A stretch of 64,000 nucleotides of DNA from an uncultured Armatimonadetes bacterium (GCA_963717145.1 OY970325.1:5280001-5344000), one strand, 5' to 3'; numbered from the stretch's first letter, positions 47,581 to 58,536 are shown. Notes: a model not told the origin generated them from the letters alone. A program made the numbers and translations.

Positions 47581-50424
47581 CTACTTGTCCACCGGGATAG
47601 TGGTGGATTCCGCCGGGGCGTTCCACGCGGTTGCCGTGAACTCCAATTTGCCCCTGACCGGCTCGATCAGTTCCTTCCTGACGTACTCGTAGAACGGCTC
47701 GATACTCCGATCGATCTCGAACTTCACGCGCTTCGACTCGCCGGGCATCAGCATGAAGTAGTTGTCGTCGCACGTGTACCGGCACTCGGCGTTCGTGATC
47801 TCGATCCCAATGTGGAAGGCCGGCTTGTCTCCGATGTTGGCGACTTCCAGAACGGCACTCGCGCAGTGCTGCTTCCCCGACGGAAGGTAGTCATCGCGGG
47901 AGAAGTCTATCTGCCTGGTGATCGGCGTGATCCGGAGCTTCGTCGGTGAGTTCTTCAACTCGGTGAGCCACGGCCCGTGGTCCCGGCGAGTCGGCACATC
48001 GGTCACGAGTTTGGCGCGCTCGGTGCTGATCCAGAACGGGTAGACCGATCGTGACACCACCTTGCCGGCGTTGTCCTTCAGGGAGACGCAGACCAGAGCC
48101 ACCTGATTCGTGGTCGAGACAGGGATCTGCCAGGTGAACGTGCCAAGGAGGAGCGTCGAGGGGCCGCGCTCGAGGCTGCTCATACTTATGCGCTCCCTAT
48201 GAAGCAGATCGAACTTCGAGTCGAGCACCTGCACCTCGGCCGCGTGAGCGCCGAGGGGATGATCGAGGTCGCTCACGACGTACACGCGTCCCTTGAATTC
48301 CTCGCCCGGCTCATAGAGCTTTGTGAACGCGGTCAGCGGCTGAACCGGCATCTTGACGAATTCCCTGGCATCGAGCTGCATCAGCACGTGGAGCGGCTCC
48401 TGTGCGCGCTTGTAGTAGTATGCGCACGGCTGCACGACTCCATAGTAGTCGGCCGGCCCCCAGATGATCGACATCGGCCAGATCGGCGCGTAGTCCCACG
48501 AGGCATAGAGGCTCGGATGCGGCCATCGAGACCGATACGTCTCCATGATGTAACTCGTCGTGTATCCGCCGCAGACCTGCGAGAGTTCGAACGCCTCGTC
48601 CATGGTGCGCGGGTTGCCGTAGAAGACCCATTGGGGCATCAGGACCGTCAGGTCTCCGGGCCAACTCATTGCCTCGAGTCTTCCGGTCAGAGCCGTGTGG
48701 AACACGAACGGTCCCCGTTTCGAGGCGTCCAATCGCGCCGATACATCCGGGGGCAGGAACTGGTCGAGTCCCTCCGCTGTCACCGGCGGCCAGGCCTTGA
48801 CATCGGCTTCGGGTAGGAACATCTTGAGCGACCGGTCCCGTATGATGTTGCCTGCGTAGACTCCCGAATACTCCGTGCACGCCGCAGGATTCTGTCCGCC
48901 GTAGTACCCGCTCTCGTCGTTGTAGTGCGGGTCGTTGACGTACTGAGCGGCCCGGCTGAACGGCCGTGTGCCGTCGTACTTGGCGACGGATTCCTCGAAC
49001 ATGTCCACGATCATCTTGGTGTCATCGGCCGTGTTGTCCGGGTTGAACTCGTTGCCGCCGCACCAGTGGATCAGCGACGGGTGATTCCGCAGCCTCAGGA
49101 TGGATGTCACGGTCTGAGAGCGCCAGACATCCGGGTGTTCGCCAGAGATGCCCATGTTCGAGATCATGAACTCCTGCCAGACCATCATGCCCATTCGATT
49201 GCATAGGTCGTAGAACTCGTCGGTTGCGATCGTCCCCGCGCCGTGGAGCCGGATGAAGTTGAAGTTCAGGTCCTGCGCGACCTTGATGAACCAGGCGTCC
49301 TTGCGCGCATGATAGCGGTATATCTGGTCGTGCGCGGAGTAGCCGCCCGCGCCTCGCATGGAGATCAGCTTGCCGTTGACTTTGCACATGAATCGGCTGT
49401 TGACTTCGGAGTCGAGGCCGGGGTTCTGCTCATACTCGAGTGTACGGATGCCGAATGTCGTGGAGATCGCATCCGAGGCTTTCCCGTCGATGCCTGCCCG
49501 CAGTTCGAGCCGGTACAGGTTCGCGTCGCCCATTCCATAGGGCCACCACAGCTTCGGATCGGGTACCCGGAGTTGGTACTTGAGGGTCTGCTCTCCCTGC
49601 GTCGGATCGATCGGGATGGAGAACTCTTGCTTCTTCCCCTTGAAGTTCTCGCCGGTGATGATCCCGCTGATGACGGCATCTTTCGCACCAAGCATATCGA
49701 CCGCGATCTCCAGAGTCGCCTCCCTATCGTTGAGGCTGACGGTCTTCACGAACGGGTTCTCGATCCTCACCGGCCCGGTCGCCACCAGCCGGACTCCGCG
49801 CCAGATTCCACGCGGGCTGATGTCCGTCTGATAGTGCCACTTCATGAAGATCCATCCCTTGAACACCTTGCCCGGCTCGTCTGTCCCTCCTGGATGTATC
49901 TGCACGACCACCTCGTTCCTCTCACCTATCCGCACGAGCGACGTCACATCGTGCACCGGGCCGCCGAACAATCCCTCGTGGTCTCCGAGGAAGTGACCGT
50001 TGATCCAGACGCTCGAATAGTAGTCGACCCCATCGAACCCGAGAACGATGGTCTTGCCGGCCCAATCCTTCGGGACCACGACGGACTTCTTGAACCACCA
50101 GTCCTGCTTCTCGGTCCATCTCGATTTGCCGGCGTTGTCGCTCCAATACGGATCCTCGATGACGCCGGCCTCCAGCAGTCCCGAGCGGACCGAGCCGGGG
50201 ACCGTGACCGTGTGCCACTCCCAGCCCGCCATGTCGGGGAGCATCGTGGCGGTTTCAGCATCGCGTCCCGACATCTGCCACTTGCCTGTGAGATCGATCT
50301 GCTGCGATTTCGAGCTTCGGGATTGCAGTCGTTCCATCTGTTCTCCTCCGATGGCCGCGGATGACAGGATCATCCCGCAGATGAGTAATGACGCGAAGAG
50401 GGACTTGGTCAGGTAGGTGTTCAT
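47581..50424 (-). CDS. Secreted GH2 beta-mannosidase-like glycoside hydrolase
   Basis: VPGSV..L..G.IEDPY, F.GVDY, LWWP.G.G, RLRNHPSL.HWCGGNE, DNYF.L.PGE. Confidence 0.85.
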   Translation of the reverse strand: MNTYLTKSLFASLLICGMILSSAAIGGEQMERLQSRSSKSQQIDLTGKWQMSGRDAETATMLPDMAGWEWHTVTVPGSVRSGLLEAGVIEDPYWSDNAGKSRWTEKQDWWFKKSVVVPKDWAGKTIVLGFDGVDYYSSVWINGHFLGDHEGLFGGPVHDVTSLVRIGERNEVVVQIHPGGTDEPGKVFKGWIFMKWHYQTDISPRGIWRGVRLVATGPVRIENPFVKTVSLNDREATLEIAVDMLGAKDAVISGIITGENFKGKKQEFSIPIDPTQGEQTLKYQLRVPDPKLWWPYGMGDANLYRLELRAGIDGKASDAISTTFGIRTLEYEQNPGLDSEVNSRFMCKVNGKLISMRGAGGYSAHDQIYRYHARKDAWFIKVAQDLNFNFIRLHGAGTIATDEFYDLCNRMGMMVWQEFMISNMGISGEHPDVWRSQTVTSILRLRNHPSLIHWCGGNEFNPDNTADDTKMIVDMFEESVAKYDGTRPFSRAAQYVNDPHYNDESGYYGGQNPAACTEYSGVYAGNIIRDRSLKMFLPEADVKAWPPVTAEGLDQFLPPDVSARLDASKRGPFVFHTALTGRLEAMSWPGDLTVLMPQWVFYGNPRTMDEAFELSQVCGGYTTSYIMETYRSRWPHPSLYASWDYAPIWPMSIIWGPADYYGVVQPCAYYYKRAQEPLHVLMQLDAREFVKMPVQPLTAFTKLYEPGEEFKGRVYVVSDLDHPLGAHAAEVQVLDSKFDLLHRERISMSSLERGPSTLLLGTFTWQIPVSTTNQVALVCVSLKDNAGKVVSRSVYPFWISTERAKLVTDVPTRRDHGPWLTELKNSPTKLRITPITRQIDFSRDDYLPSGKQHCASAVLEVANIGDKPAFHIGIEITNAECRYTCDDNYFMLMPGESKRVKFEIDRSIEPFYEYVRKELIEPVRGKLEFTATAWNAPAESTTIPVDK

Positions 50425-50461
50425 GCTGCTCTGTTCCCGTGAGACGATCGATTCTCCTCGG

Positions 50462-51673
50462 TCAGATCTCGGAGAACGGGACCGCCGTGATATCCGGGGC
50501 GAGCGGCAAGACCCTGTCGCCCAGGTATACAAGCCAACCGGTGTCCGTCTTGTCAGAGTAGTCGCGCATGAAGGAGACTAGACCACCAGCCATTGCGGGC
50601 CGAGGAGTGGCGGCCTGCTTCACCTCCACCGGAACAAGTCGTCCCTGCTGCTCCACTACGATGTCCACCTCGGCGCCATGGGTCGTTCGCCAGAAGTAGA
50701 CCCGCGGGTCGGCTCCGTGGTGGAGCGCGTTCTTCACGACCTCCATCAGGACCGCGGTCTCGGCGATAGCGCCTCCCATTGGACCGGACGAAGCGTGCTC
50801 GGGATCGCGTAGCCCGGCCAGGTAACAGAGCACTCCGGTATCTGTGAAGTAGACCTTGGGCGTTTTCACCAGTCGCTTGCCCACATTGTTGAAGTATGGG
50901 CGGAGGACGATCACCTGGTAGGTCGTCTCCAGTATCGACAGCCACGCCTTGGCGGTGTTGACGGCGATCCCGAGGTCACGCGACACATCCGACAGGTTGA
51001 GCAACTGACCGTTTCGGGCGGCCAGCACGCGAAGGAAGCTTTGAAACTGCGTCAGGTCGCCGATCTGCTTCAGTTCGCGGACGTCCCTCTCGAGGTATGT
51101 CTGGACGTAACTGGAGTGCCACAACGTTGCATCTCTGTCCGCCTCGGCGGCGAGTTCCGGGTAACCGCCTCTCAGGAACTGCTTCCACAGATCCGGCAGC
51201 GATGCCTCTTGCTTCCTTGACGCATAGCCCGGCTCCCAAGGCAATACGGCCTGCGGATCACCCCACAGCTCGTGGAACGAAAGTGGCAGGAGCTTCAATA
51301 TCGCACTGCGACCGGCGAGTGACTCTGTCACCCGTGTCATCATCAGCAGATTCTGCGACCCCGTGATGAGGTACTGGCCCTTGCGCGACCGGTTGGCGTC
51401 GATGGTTTCTTTGATGTAGGGCAGCAACTCCGGAGCGTACTGCACTTCATCGATGATGACCGGAGGTGGGTTGATCGCCAGGAAGCCGCGAGGGTCGGCA
51501 GATGCCGATGCCCTGATGTCCGGGGGCTCGAGGGAGACATAGCGATACCGGTCACCGAACATGTTCTTGAGCAACGTTGTCTTGCCCGACTGTCTAGGCC
51601 CTGTCAGTACGACCGAGGGGAAATCGGCTGCGGCCTGGCGCAACACCGGTTCGAGCGTTCTCTTGATGTACAT
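50462..51673 (-). CDS. AAA_14 ATPase with DUF4143 domain
   Basis: GPRQSGKTT, IDEVQ, TGS, ESLAGR, GGYPE, K.PKVYF.DTG, EVD..P.EVK. Confidence 0.9.
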   Translation of the reverse strand: MYIKRTLEPVLRQAAADFPSVVLTGPRQSGKTTLLKNMFGDRYRYVSLEPPDIRASASADPRGFLAINPPPVIIDEVQYAPELLPYIKETIDANRSRKGQYLITGSQNLLMMTRVTESLAGRSAILKLLPLSFHELWGDPQAVLPWEPGYASRKQEASLPDLWKQFLRGGYPELAAEADRDATLWHSSYVQTYLERDVRELKQIGDLTQFQSFLRVLAARNGQLLNLSDVSRDLGIAVNTAKAWLSILETTYQVIVLRPYFNNVGKRLVKTPKVYFTDTGVLCYLAGLRDPEHASSGPMGGAIAETAVLMEVVKNALHHGADPRVYFWRTTHGAEVDIVVEQQGRLVPVEVKQAATPRPAMAGGLVSFMRDYSDKTDTGWLVYLGDRVLPLAPDITAVPFSEI

Positions 51674-51698
51674 ACAGCGTCCCTCTTGGTGTTATTTT

Positions 51699-51733
51699 GC
51701 AATCATAATGCAAGATTGCACGGAAAATGTCAA
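51699..51733 (-). promoter_or_regulatory. Sigma70 promoter with overlapping inverted repeat (putative operator)
   Basis: TTGACA-17-CATTAT; TGCAATC-N9-GATTGCA spans the -10 box. Confidence 0.5.
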
Positions 51734-51838
51734 GTCTTGGGCAGCAACAGAGCTATGGAATTCCCTCTGAAACTTGACCTTATCCGCTCAGATATGGCAC
51801 AATGAGGCGATTTGTTGAGGAAAGAGGTTGCCAAAGCC

Positions 51839-53535
51839 ATGAGTGAGAACACACCGGAAACTACAGATTTCATCCGCGAGTTCGTCAAGGAGGACCTGGC
51901 GAGCGGGCGGTTCGACCACGTCCACACGCGCTTCCCGCCGGAGCCGAACGCCTACCTGCACATCGGCCACGCGAAGGCCGTCTGGATCGACTACGGCATC
52001 GCCCAGGACTTCGGCGGCCTGTTCAACCTGCGCTTCGACGACACCAACCCGACCAAGGAGGAGCAGGAGTTCGTCGACGCCATCATCGAGGACGTGCGCT
52101 GGCTGGGCGCCGACTGGGGCGACCGGCTGTTCTTCGGCTCCGACTACTTCGAGCAGATGTACGAGTGGGCGATCGAACTGATCAAGAAGGGCAAGGCCTA
52201 CGTCTGCGACCTGTCGCCGGAGGAGGTCAATCGCGACGCGCGGCACGCTGACCGAGCCCGGCGCGGACAGCCCCTACCGCAACCGCAGCGTCGAGGAGAA
52301 CCTGGATCTGTTCGAGCGCATGAAGGCGGGCGAGTTCCCGGACGGCGCGCGCACGCTGCGCGCGAAGATCGACATGGCCTCGCCGAACCTGCACATGCGC
52401 GACCCGGTCATGTACCGCATCCTGCACACCGAGCACCACCGCCAGGGCGACAAGTGGTGCATCTACCCGATGTACGACTGGGCGCACGGCGCTGCAGGAC
52501 TCCATCGAGGGGATCACGCACTCGCTCTGCTCGCTGGAGTACGAGAACCACCGCCCGCTGTACGACTGGTTCCTCGACGAGCTGGGCATCTACCACCCGC
52601 GGCAGATCGAGTTCGCGCGGCTGAACATGACCTACACCGTGATGAGCAAGCGGCGGTTCATCGAGCTGGTCAACGGCGGCTACGTCAAGGGCTACGACGA
52701 CCCGCGCCTGCCGACGCTGGCCGGCCTGCGCCGGCGCGGCTACACGCCCGAGGCGATCCACGAGTTCTGCAGCCGGATCGGCGTGGCGAAGACCGACAGC
52801 ATCGTCGATGTCGCCGTGCTGGAGGACTGCGTGCGCGAGGACCTCAACAAGCGCTCGCCGCGCGTGATGGCGGTGCTGAACCCGCTCAAGGTCGTGATCA
52901 CGAACTACCCCGAGGGGCAGGTCGAGGAGCTGGACGCCGTCAACAACCCGGAGGACCCCGAGCGCCGGGACGCGCAAGGTGCCGTTCGCGCGCGAGCTGT
53001 ACATCGAGCGCGAGGACTTCCGCGAGGACCCGCCGCCGAAGTTCTTCCGCCTCGCGCCCGGCCGCGAGGTGCGGCTGCGCTACGCCTACTTCATCAAGTG
53101 CGTGGACGTGGTCAAGGACGCGAGCGGCGAGATCGTCGAGCTGCACTGCACCTACGATCCCGCGACTCGCGGCGGCGACGCGCCCGACGGCCGCAAGGTG
53201 AAGGCCACGCTGCACTGGGTCTCCGCGAAGCACGTCGGTCCCCGCCGAGGCGCGGCTCTACGACCACCTCTTCGCCAAGCCGAACCCGGACGACGTCGAG
53301 GAGGGCAAGGACTGGTTCATCGACAACCTGAACCCGAACTCGCTGGTGGTGACGACGTGCTACGTCGAGCCGAGCGTCGTCGGCGCCGAGCCCGGCACGC
53401 GCTACCAGTTCGAGCGCCAGGGCTACTTCTGCGTCGACCGCGACTCGACGCCCGGAGAAGCTCGTCTTCAACCGCACGGTCACCCTGCGCGACACCTGGG
53501 CGAAGATGCAGAAGGCGATGAAGACGGGCGCTTGA
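51839..53535 (+). CDS. glnS: Glutamine--tRNA ligase, about five frameshifts as assembled
   Basis: [66 protein letters not shown] in successive frames. Confidence 0.9.
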
Positions 53536-53584
53536 CATTCTCCGGCGAAGGAATCACAGTTCGATTCACGGCAGGGCGGACACA

Positions 53585-53845
53585 ATGAGCCAGAGCACAA
53601 GGACCAAACTCATCAAGATCGGCAACTCGCAAGGGATCAGGATTCCCAAGGCCCTGGCCGAGCGTCTTCGCCTCACCGACGACATTGAGATCGTGATCAA
53701 GGAAGACCACCTCGAGTTGCGTCCCGGCCGCAAACCGCGCGACGGTTGGGCCGACGCGTTTCAGCAGATGGCCGAACGCGCAGACGATCGGCTATTGGAT
53801 GAACCGACTCCGACCGCCTGGGATGCAAAGGAATGGGACTGGTAG
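53585..53845 (+). CDS. AbrB/MazE family antitoxin
   Basis: [20 protein letters not shown]-terminal EWDW. Confidence 0.85.
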   Translation: MSQSTRTKLIKIGNSQGIRIPKALAERLRLTDDIEIVIKEDHLELRPGRKPRDGWADAFQQMAERADDRLLDEPTPTAWDAKEWDW

Positions 53846-53856
53846 CCGCGCGCTAC
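53833..53856 (+). pseudogene. Probable 5' remnant of a PemK/MazF toxin gene
   Basis: ATG overlapping the antitoxin end reads MGLVAARY, then lacks the V.LDP..G.E..K.RP core. Confidence 0.4.
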
Positions 53857-54119
53857 CGGTCAATCGGGAATGTGCTGGTTTCAACTCAGCCGTATCGGGG
53901 GTACACTACTGGTCAATTAGAGAGCGCACGACCCGCAGTCGCATTCCGGCAGGCTGCAATCAGCGTTCGTTCCGCCTTACTCACTCTTCCGCGAGAGCGT
54001 CCCTGCCGACGTGGAAAAGCTGTCTTGTTGTGCAGGCAATAGCAATGATCTTACATCTGGGCCTTGCGAATACGGCGGATGATGGGTCGGATGGCCAGAT
54101 AACAACCTCACAATCTCCT

Positions 54120-56315
54120 ATGCACCACCGGAACGGCACGCCTCCTCCCGACGCCGCGCGCTACGGCATCATCATCGCCGGTATGCTCACCATGCTGATC
54201 GGCGCTTTCTGGCTCGGCGCGTGGTTCACCGGATATGCCGCCAGGCATTCGCTCGCAGGTTTCATCACCGTGAAAACCAATATGGCGCTGGGCCAGCTCT
54301 TGGGCGGCATGGCGCTTCTGCTGCTCGGCGTGGGGCGGCCAACCGGCGCGCGCCGTTGGGTCGGGACGCTCTTCGCGTCGGTCGTGCTTCTCATCGGTAC
54401 TCTCACCCTCGGCGAGCACCTCCTGGGATGGAACCTCGGCATAGACCAGCTTCTCGCAAAGGAGCCCGCCGGATCAGCGGCGACACTCAGCCCGAACCGC
54501 ATCGGCTATCCCGGGGCGTCGAGCCTCGCGCTGTTGGGCTTCGGATTGCTCGCCCTGGTGTTCAAGAGACGTGCGATTGTCCCATACATCGGGCTTATAG
54601 TGTGCGTCGTCAACCTCGTCCCGGCAGTGGGCTACCTCTACGGCATCGGAGCGTTCTATCACACGACTCTGACGGTCATCGCCTGGCCGACGGTCATCGC
54701 CCTGATGTCCCTGGGCATCGGGCTGGCATTCGCGCGGACTGACGGCGGCCCGATGGCGCTCCTTCTGCGAGACGATGCCGGTGGCAAGCTTCTCCGCAGG
54801 ATGTTGCCCTGGGTGATCTTCGTTCCCCTGTTGCTCGGCTATCTTCTCGTTATGAGAGAGCACAGGGGACTGCAAGACGTAGCTACCGGGACCGGCTCAC
54901 TGGTTATTGCACTCATCCTTGTTTTCGCGCTCATGCTCTGGCGGAGCGCCCGGGATCTGAGCCGCTCGGATATCGCCCATCGCCAGGACGAGGAGGCCCT
55001 GCGCGAGAGCGAGGAGCGATACCGAACGCTCTTCAGCAGTATGAGCGAGGGCTTTGGTCTCCATGAGATGATCTATGATGATGCCGGTAAGCCTGTGAAC
55101 TACCGTTTCCTGGAGATTAACCACGGATTCGAGGAGCAGACGGGACTGAAGCGTGAAGATGTGATCGGCAAGACGGTGCTTGAGGTCCTTCCTGATACTG
55201 AACCCTACTGGATCGAGACATATGGGAAGGTCGCATCGACCGGAGAGTCAGCGAGGTTTGAGAGTTACCACGGCCTTCTCGACCGCTGGTACGGTGTGTA
55301 CGCTTTTAGCCCGGCTCGAGGGCGTTTCGCTGTCCTGTTTACGGACATCACCGCGCGCAAGAAGGCCGAGGAGGCGCTCAGGGAGAGTCGGGAGGACTTG
55401 GAGCGGGCACAGGCAGTGGCTCATATCGGGAGCTGGCGCATGGACGTCCAGCGCAATGTGCTGGAGTGGTCGGAGGAGAACCATCGCGTGTTCGGTGTCC
55501 CTGAGGGAACGCCGATGACGTATGAGATGTTCCTCGCCAGCGTCCACCCGGACGATCGGGAGTACGTAGACCGGGAGTGGACGGTGGCCCTGCGTGGCGA
55601 GCCATATGACATCGAGCATCGAATCATCGTCGGTGACACGGTCAAGTGGGTCCGGGAGCGTGCGGAACTGGAGTTCGACAAGAATGGCGAATTGATCGGC
55701 GGATTCGGGACCACCGAGGATATTACCGAGCGCAAGCAGGCCGAGGAACTGCTCAGAGAGAGCGAGGAGCATATGCTCGAGTTCTATCGGCGCACGATCG
55801 ACGCCGCCACGGGCGGCAAGCTCGTCATCATGGAGTGGGCGGAGATGGAGAAGATCGCCGGGCCGGCCGTCGCCACCTGGGAGATTCGCGGCTCCCAGGA
55901 CCTCAAGACAGCACGGCATGGGGTGGAGGAGGTCGCACGGTCAGTGGGGATATCAGATCGCAGGCTTGGTGAACTCACGGTTGCGGTGGGGGAGGCCGTC
56001 ATGAACGTCGTGAAGCATGCCGGACAGGGCCAGGCATCTCTCCACAAGACGGAGGACTCGCTGATCGTTCTGATCTCGGATCACGGCCCCGGGATTTCCG
56101 CTCTCGCCCTGCCCGACGTTGCGCTTCGGCCCGGATACTCCACGGCGGGCACTCTGGGCATGGGCTACAAGCTGATGATCGAGTTTGCGGACAAGGTCCG
56201 GCTGGCAACGAGCGACGAAGGAACTGCGGTCGCACTCGAGGTAAAGATACATCCGACGGAATCGTCGCAGTCCGAGCGGTTGATCGGGAGCAGAATCACA
56301 GGAGGCAGGCTATGA
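54120..56315 (+). CDS. Membrane sensor-PAS-PAS fused to RsbW/RsbT-type Ser kinase (HATPase_c_2)
   Basis: Multiple TM helices, two PAS/PAC domains, no HisKA H-box, EAVMNVVKHAG, D.GPGI, LGMG; start uncertain. Confidence 0.8.
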   Translation: MHHRNGTPPPDAARYGIIIAGMLTMLIGAFWLGAWFTGYAARHSLAGFITVKTNMALGQLLGGMALLLLGVGRPTGARRWVGTLFASVVLLIGTLTLGEHLLGWNLGIDQLLAKEPAGSAATLSPNRIGYPGASSLALLGFGLLALVFKRRAIVPYIGLIVCVVNLVPAVGYLYGIGAFYHTTLTVIAWPTVIALMSLGIGLAFARTDGGPMALLLRDDAGGKLLRRMLPWVIFVPLLLGYLLVMREHRGLQDVATGTGSLVIALILVFALMLWRSARDLSRSDIAHRQDEEALRESEERYRTLFSSMSEGFGLHEMIYDDAGKPVNYRFLEINHGFEEQTGLKREDVIGKTVLEVLPDTEPYWIETYGKVASTGESARFESYHGLLDRWYGVYAFSPARGRFAVLFTDITARKKAEEALRESREDLERAQAVAHIGSWRMDVQRNVLEWSEENHRVFGVPEGTPMTYEMFLASVHPDDREYVDREWTVALRGEPYDIEHRIIVGDTVKWVRERAELEFDKNGELIGGFGTTEDITERKQAEELLRESEEHMLEFYRRTIDAATGGKLVIMEWAEMEKIAGPAVATWEIRGSQDLKTARHGVEEVARSVGISDRRLGELTVAVGEAVMNVVKHAGQGQASLHKTEDSLIVLISDHGPGISALALPDVALRPGYSTAGTLGMGYKLMIEFADKVRLATSDEGTAVALEVKIHPTESSQSERLIGSRITGGRL

Positions 56316-56668
56316 GCATGGAAGTCATCCAGGACACACACACGATCGTCCGCGGCGACGGCGAGATAGACCTCTTCAACATCGCCGAATTCGAGACGGC
56401 GCTGAATGAGGCCGCGGGGAAAGCGCCGAAGGGATTGATTGTCGACCTGTCCGATGTGACATACATCGACAGCGCGGGCGTCCAGGCGATCTTCCGCGTA
56501 TATATGAGTATCCGCGACGCGGAAGGATGCCTCGGGCTGGTAGTCGGGAACCCTCGGATCAAGAGCGTGCTGGAGGTGGTTCACCTGGAGCAGCTCGCGA
56601 ATCTCCGCATCTTCGAGGATCTCGATTCCGCGAGGCAGGGGCTTGCATCCAAGGAAGTTAACGCATGA
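56312..56668 (+). CDS. STAS anti-anti-sigma factor (RsbV/SpoIIAA-like)
   Basis: GEID, VDLSDVTYIDSAG with phosphoacceptor Ser. Confidence 0.9.
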   Translation: MSMEVIQDTHTIVRGDGEIDLFNIAEFETALNEAAGKAPKGLIVDLSDVTYIDSAGVQAIFRVYMSIRDAEGCLGLVVGNPRIKSVLEVVHLEQLANLRIFEDLDSARQGLASKEVNA

Positions 56669-58521
56669 GTTCCAGTAAGGCCGATGAGGCGCTCTACCGT
56701 CAGAACCTGATCCTGGAGGGTATCAACCGGATCCTCCATTGCGCCCTGACGAGCACGACGGAGGAAGAACTGGGCAATGTGTGTCTGGAAGTAGCTGAGC
56801 AGATCACAGAGAGCAAGTTCGGCTTTATCGGAGAGATGAACGCCCAGGGCATGATGGTTGATATCGCGATCAGCGACCCCGGTTGGGACGCCTGCCGGAT
56901 GCCCGAGCACTCAGGACACAGGAAACTGCTCACCGAACTCAAGGTGCACGGCATTTGCGGGAGCGTGGTGCTGGAAGGGTGCGGCTTCTACACAAATGAC
57001 CCCTCCTCCCACCCCAGCAGCATCGGCACGCCGGACGGACACCCGCAGTTGACTTCATTCCTGGGCGCACCACTGATCCACGACGGCAAGACCATCGGCA
57101 TAGTGGCGGTGGGAAACCGAGTCGGCGGCTACCGAGACGAAGACCTGAGATCGCTCGAGACGCTCACCCCGGCCATCGTTCAGGCGTTCATGCGCAGGCG
57201 AGCAGAGGAGGCGCTCCGAAGTGCCCACGACGAGCTGGAGATGCGCGTGCAGGAACGCATCAGGGACCTGGAGGAAGTCAAGAAAGCCGCGGAAGCGGAA
57301 CGTCAGCGGTTCTATGATGTGCTGGAGACCTTGCCCGCTTACCTCGTGCTGCTGACCACCGACTATCACGTGCCCTTCGCCAATCGCTTCTTCAGGGAGC
57401 GCTTCGGGGAATCCCTTGGCCGGCGCTGCCACAAGTATCTATTCGGCCTCGATGAGCCCTGCGAGATATGTGACACGTACAAGGTGTTGGAGACCAATGC
57501 GCCTCACCGTTGGGAATGGACCGGTCCGGACGGCCGCATCTACGATATCTACGATTTCCCATTCGCCGACAGCGACGGCTCGCCGATGATCATGGAGATG
57601 GGGATCGACATCACCGAGCGACGGCAGGCGGAGGCTGAGCTGGCGAAGCACCGCGATCGACTCGAGGAGTTGGTACGAGAACGGACCCGCGAGTTGGAGA
57701 GAGCCAACGCACAACTCCAGTCTGAGGTAGCCGAACGCGAGGAGGCCGAGGAGGCGCTGAGAGAGCAGTTTCTCACACTCCAGCGGGCATTGCTCCCCGC
57801 CAAGCCGTCGATTGGACGGGGGTACGAGTTGGACTCGGTGTACATCCCCGCATTCGCCGGGGAAGAGATCGGCGGCGACTTCTACGATGTTTTCCAGACA
57901 GCGGACGGCAGGGTCGGCATACTGATCGGCGACGTTTCAGGCAAGGGGACGGAAGCGGCATCTCTCGGAGCGATCACCCGGAGCACCCTGCGAGCCTTCG
58001 CCTATGAGGCTTCCTCGTGCGGCCATGCGCTCACGAACACGAACGCTCTGCTCACGAGACAGCAGGTGGCTGAGGGGCATTTTGTGACCGTGTTCCTCGC
58101 GATCCTCGATCCGCCGAGCGGGCGCATCTGCTGTTCCGGCGCGGGCCACCCGCCTCCCGCTCTGCTGCGCGCCGATGGCAGCGTCGACTTCCTGAAGTGC
58201 GGCGATCTTCCTCTGGGCGTCGTACCTGAACACCTGTACGGGGAAGGGGAGATGCAGCTCGACCCGGGCGACCATCTCATCCTGTACACCGACGGCATCT
58301 CGGAAGCTCGTCATGGCGCGCAGTTGTTCGGCCTGGATGGGATAGAGTCGGTGCTCAGGGAGCAAGCGGGGGCGGCGCCGGATCAGATCTGCCGAGCACT
58401 TCTCGACGCGGCGAGAGACTGGGCGGAAGGCAGGCTGAGGGACGACACAGCCATCGTCGTCATCCAGCGGGCGCATAAGGTCACGGAAAACCGATCCGGC
58501 CACGCTCTTGACAAGCCGTGA
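56665..58521 (+). CDS. GAF-PAS-PP2C (RsbU-like) phosphatase
   Basis: TNDP..HP...G.P.GHP GAF, PAS, GGDFYD, GDVSGKG, AGHP, YTDG, DD. Confidence 0.88.
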   Translation: MSSSKADEALYRQNLILEGINRILHCALTSTTEEELGNVCLEVAEQITESKFGFIGEMNAQGMMVDIAISDPGWDACRMPEHSGHRKLLTELKVHGICGSVVLEGCGFYTNDPSSHPSSIGTPDGHPQLTSFLGAPLIHDGKTIGIVAVGNRVGGYRDEDLRSLETLTPAIVQAFMRRRAEEALRSAHDELEMRVQERIRDLEEVKKAAEAERQRFYDVLETLPAYLVLLTTDYHVPFANRFFRERFGESLGRRCHKYLFGLDEPCEICDTYKVLETNAPHRWEWTGPDGRIYDIYDFPFADSDGSPMIMEMGIDITERRQAEAELAKHRDRLEELVRERTRELERANAQLQSEVAEREEAEEALREQFLTLQRALLPAKPSIGRGYELDSVYIPAFAGEEIGGDFYDVFQTADGRVGILIGDVSGKGTEAASLGAITRSTLRAFAYEASSCGHALTNTNALLTRQQVAEGHFVTVFLAILDPPSGRICCSGAGHPPPALLRADGSVDFLKCGDLPLGVVPEHLYGEGEMQLDPGDHLILYTDGISEARHGAQLFGLDGIESVLREQAGAAPDQICRALLDAARDWAEGRLRDDTAIVVIQRAHKVTENRSGHALDKP

Positions 58522-58536
58522 CGGGCGTGCTAGAAT
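58508..58536 (+). promoter_or_regulatory. Sigma70 promoter of tRNA-Gln
   Basis: TTGACA-17-TAGAAT. Confidence 0.8.
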
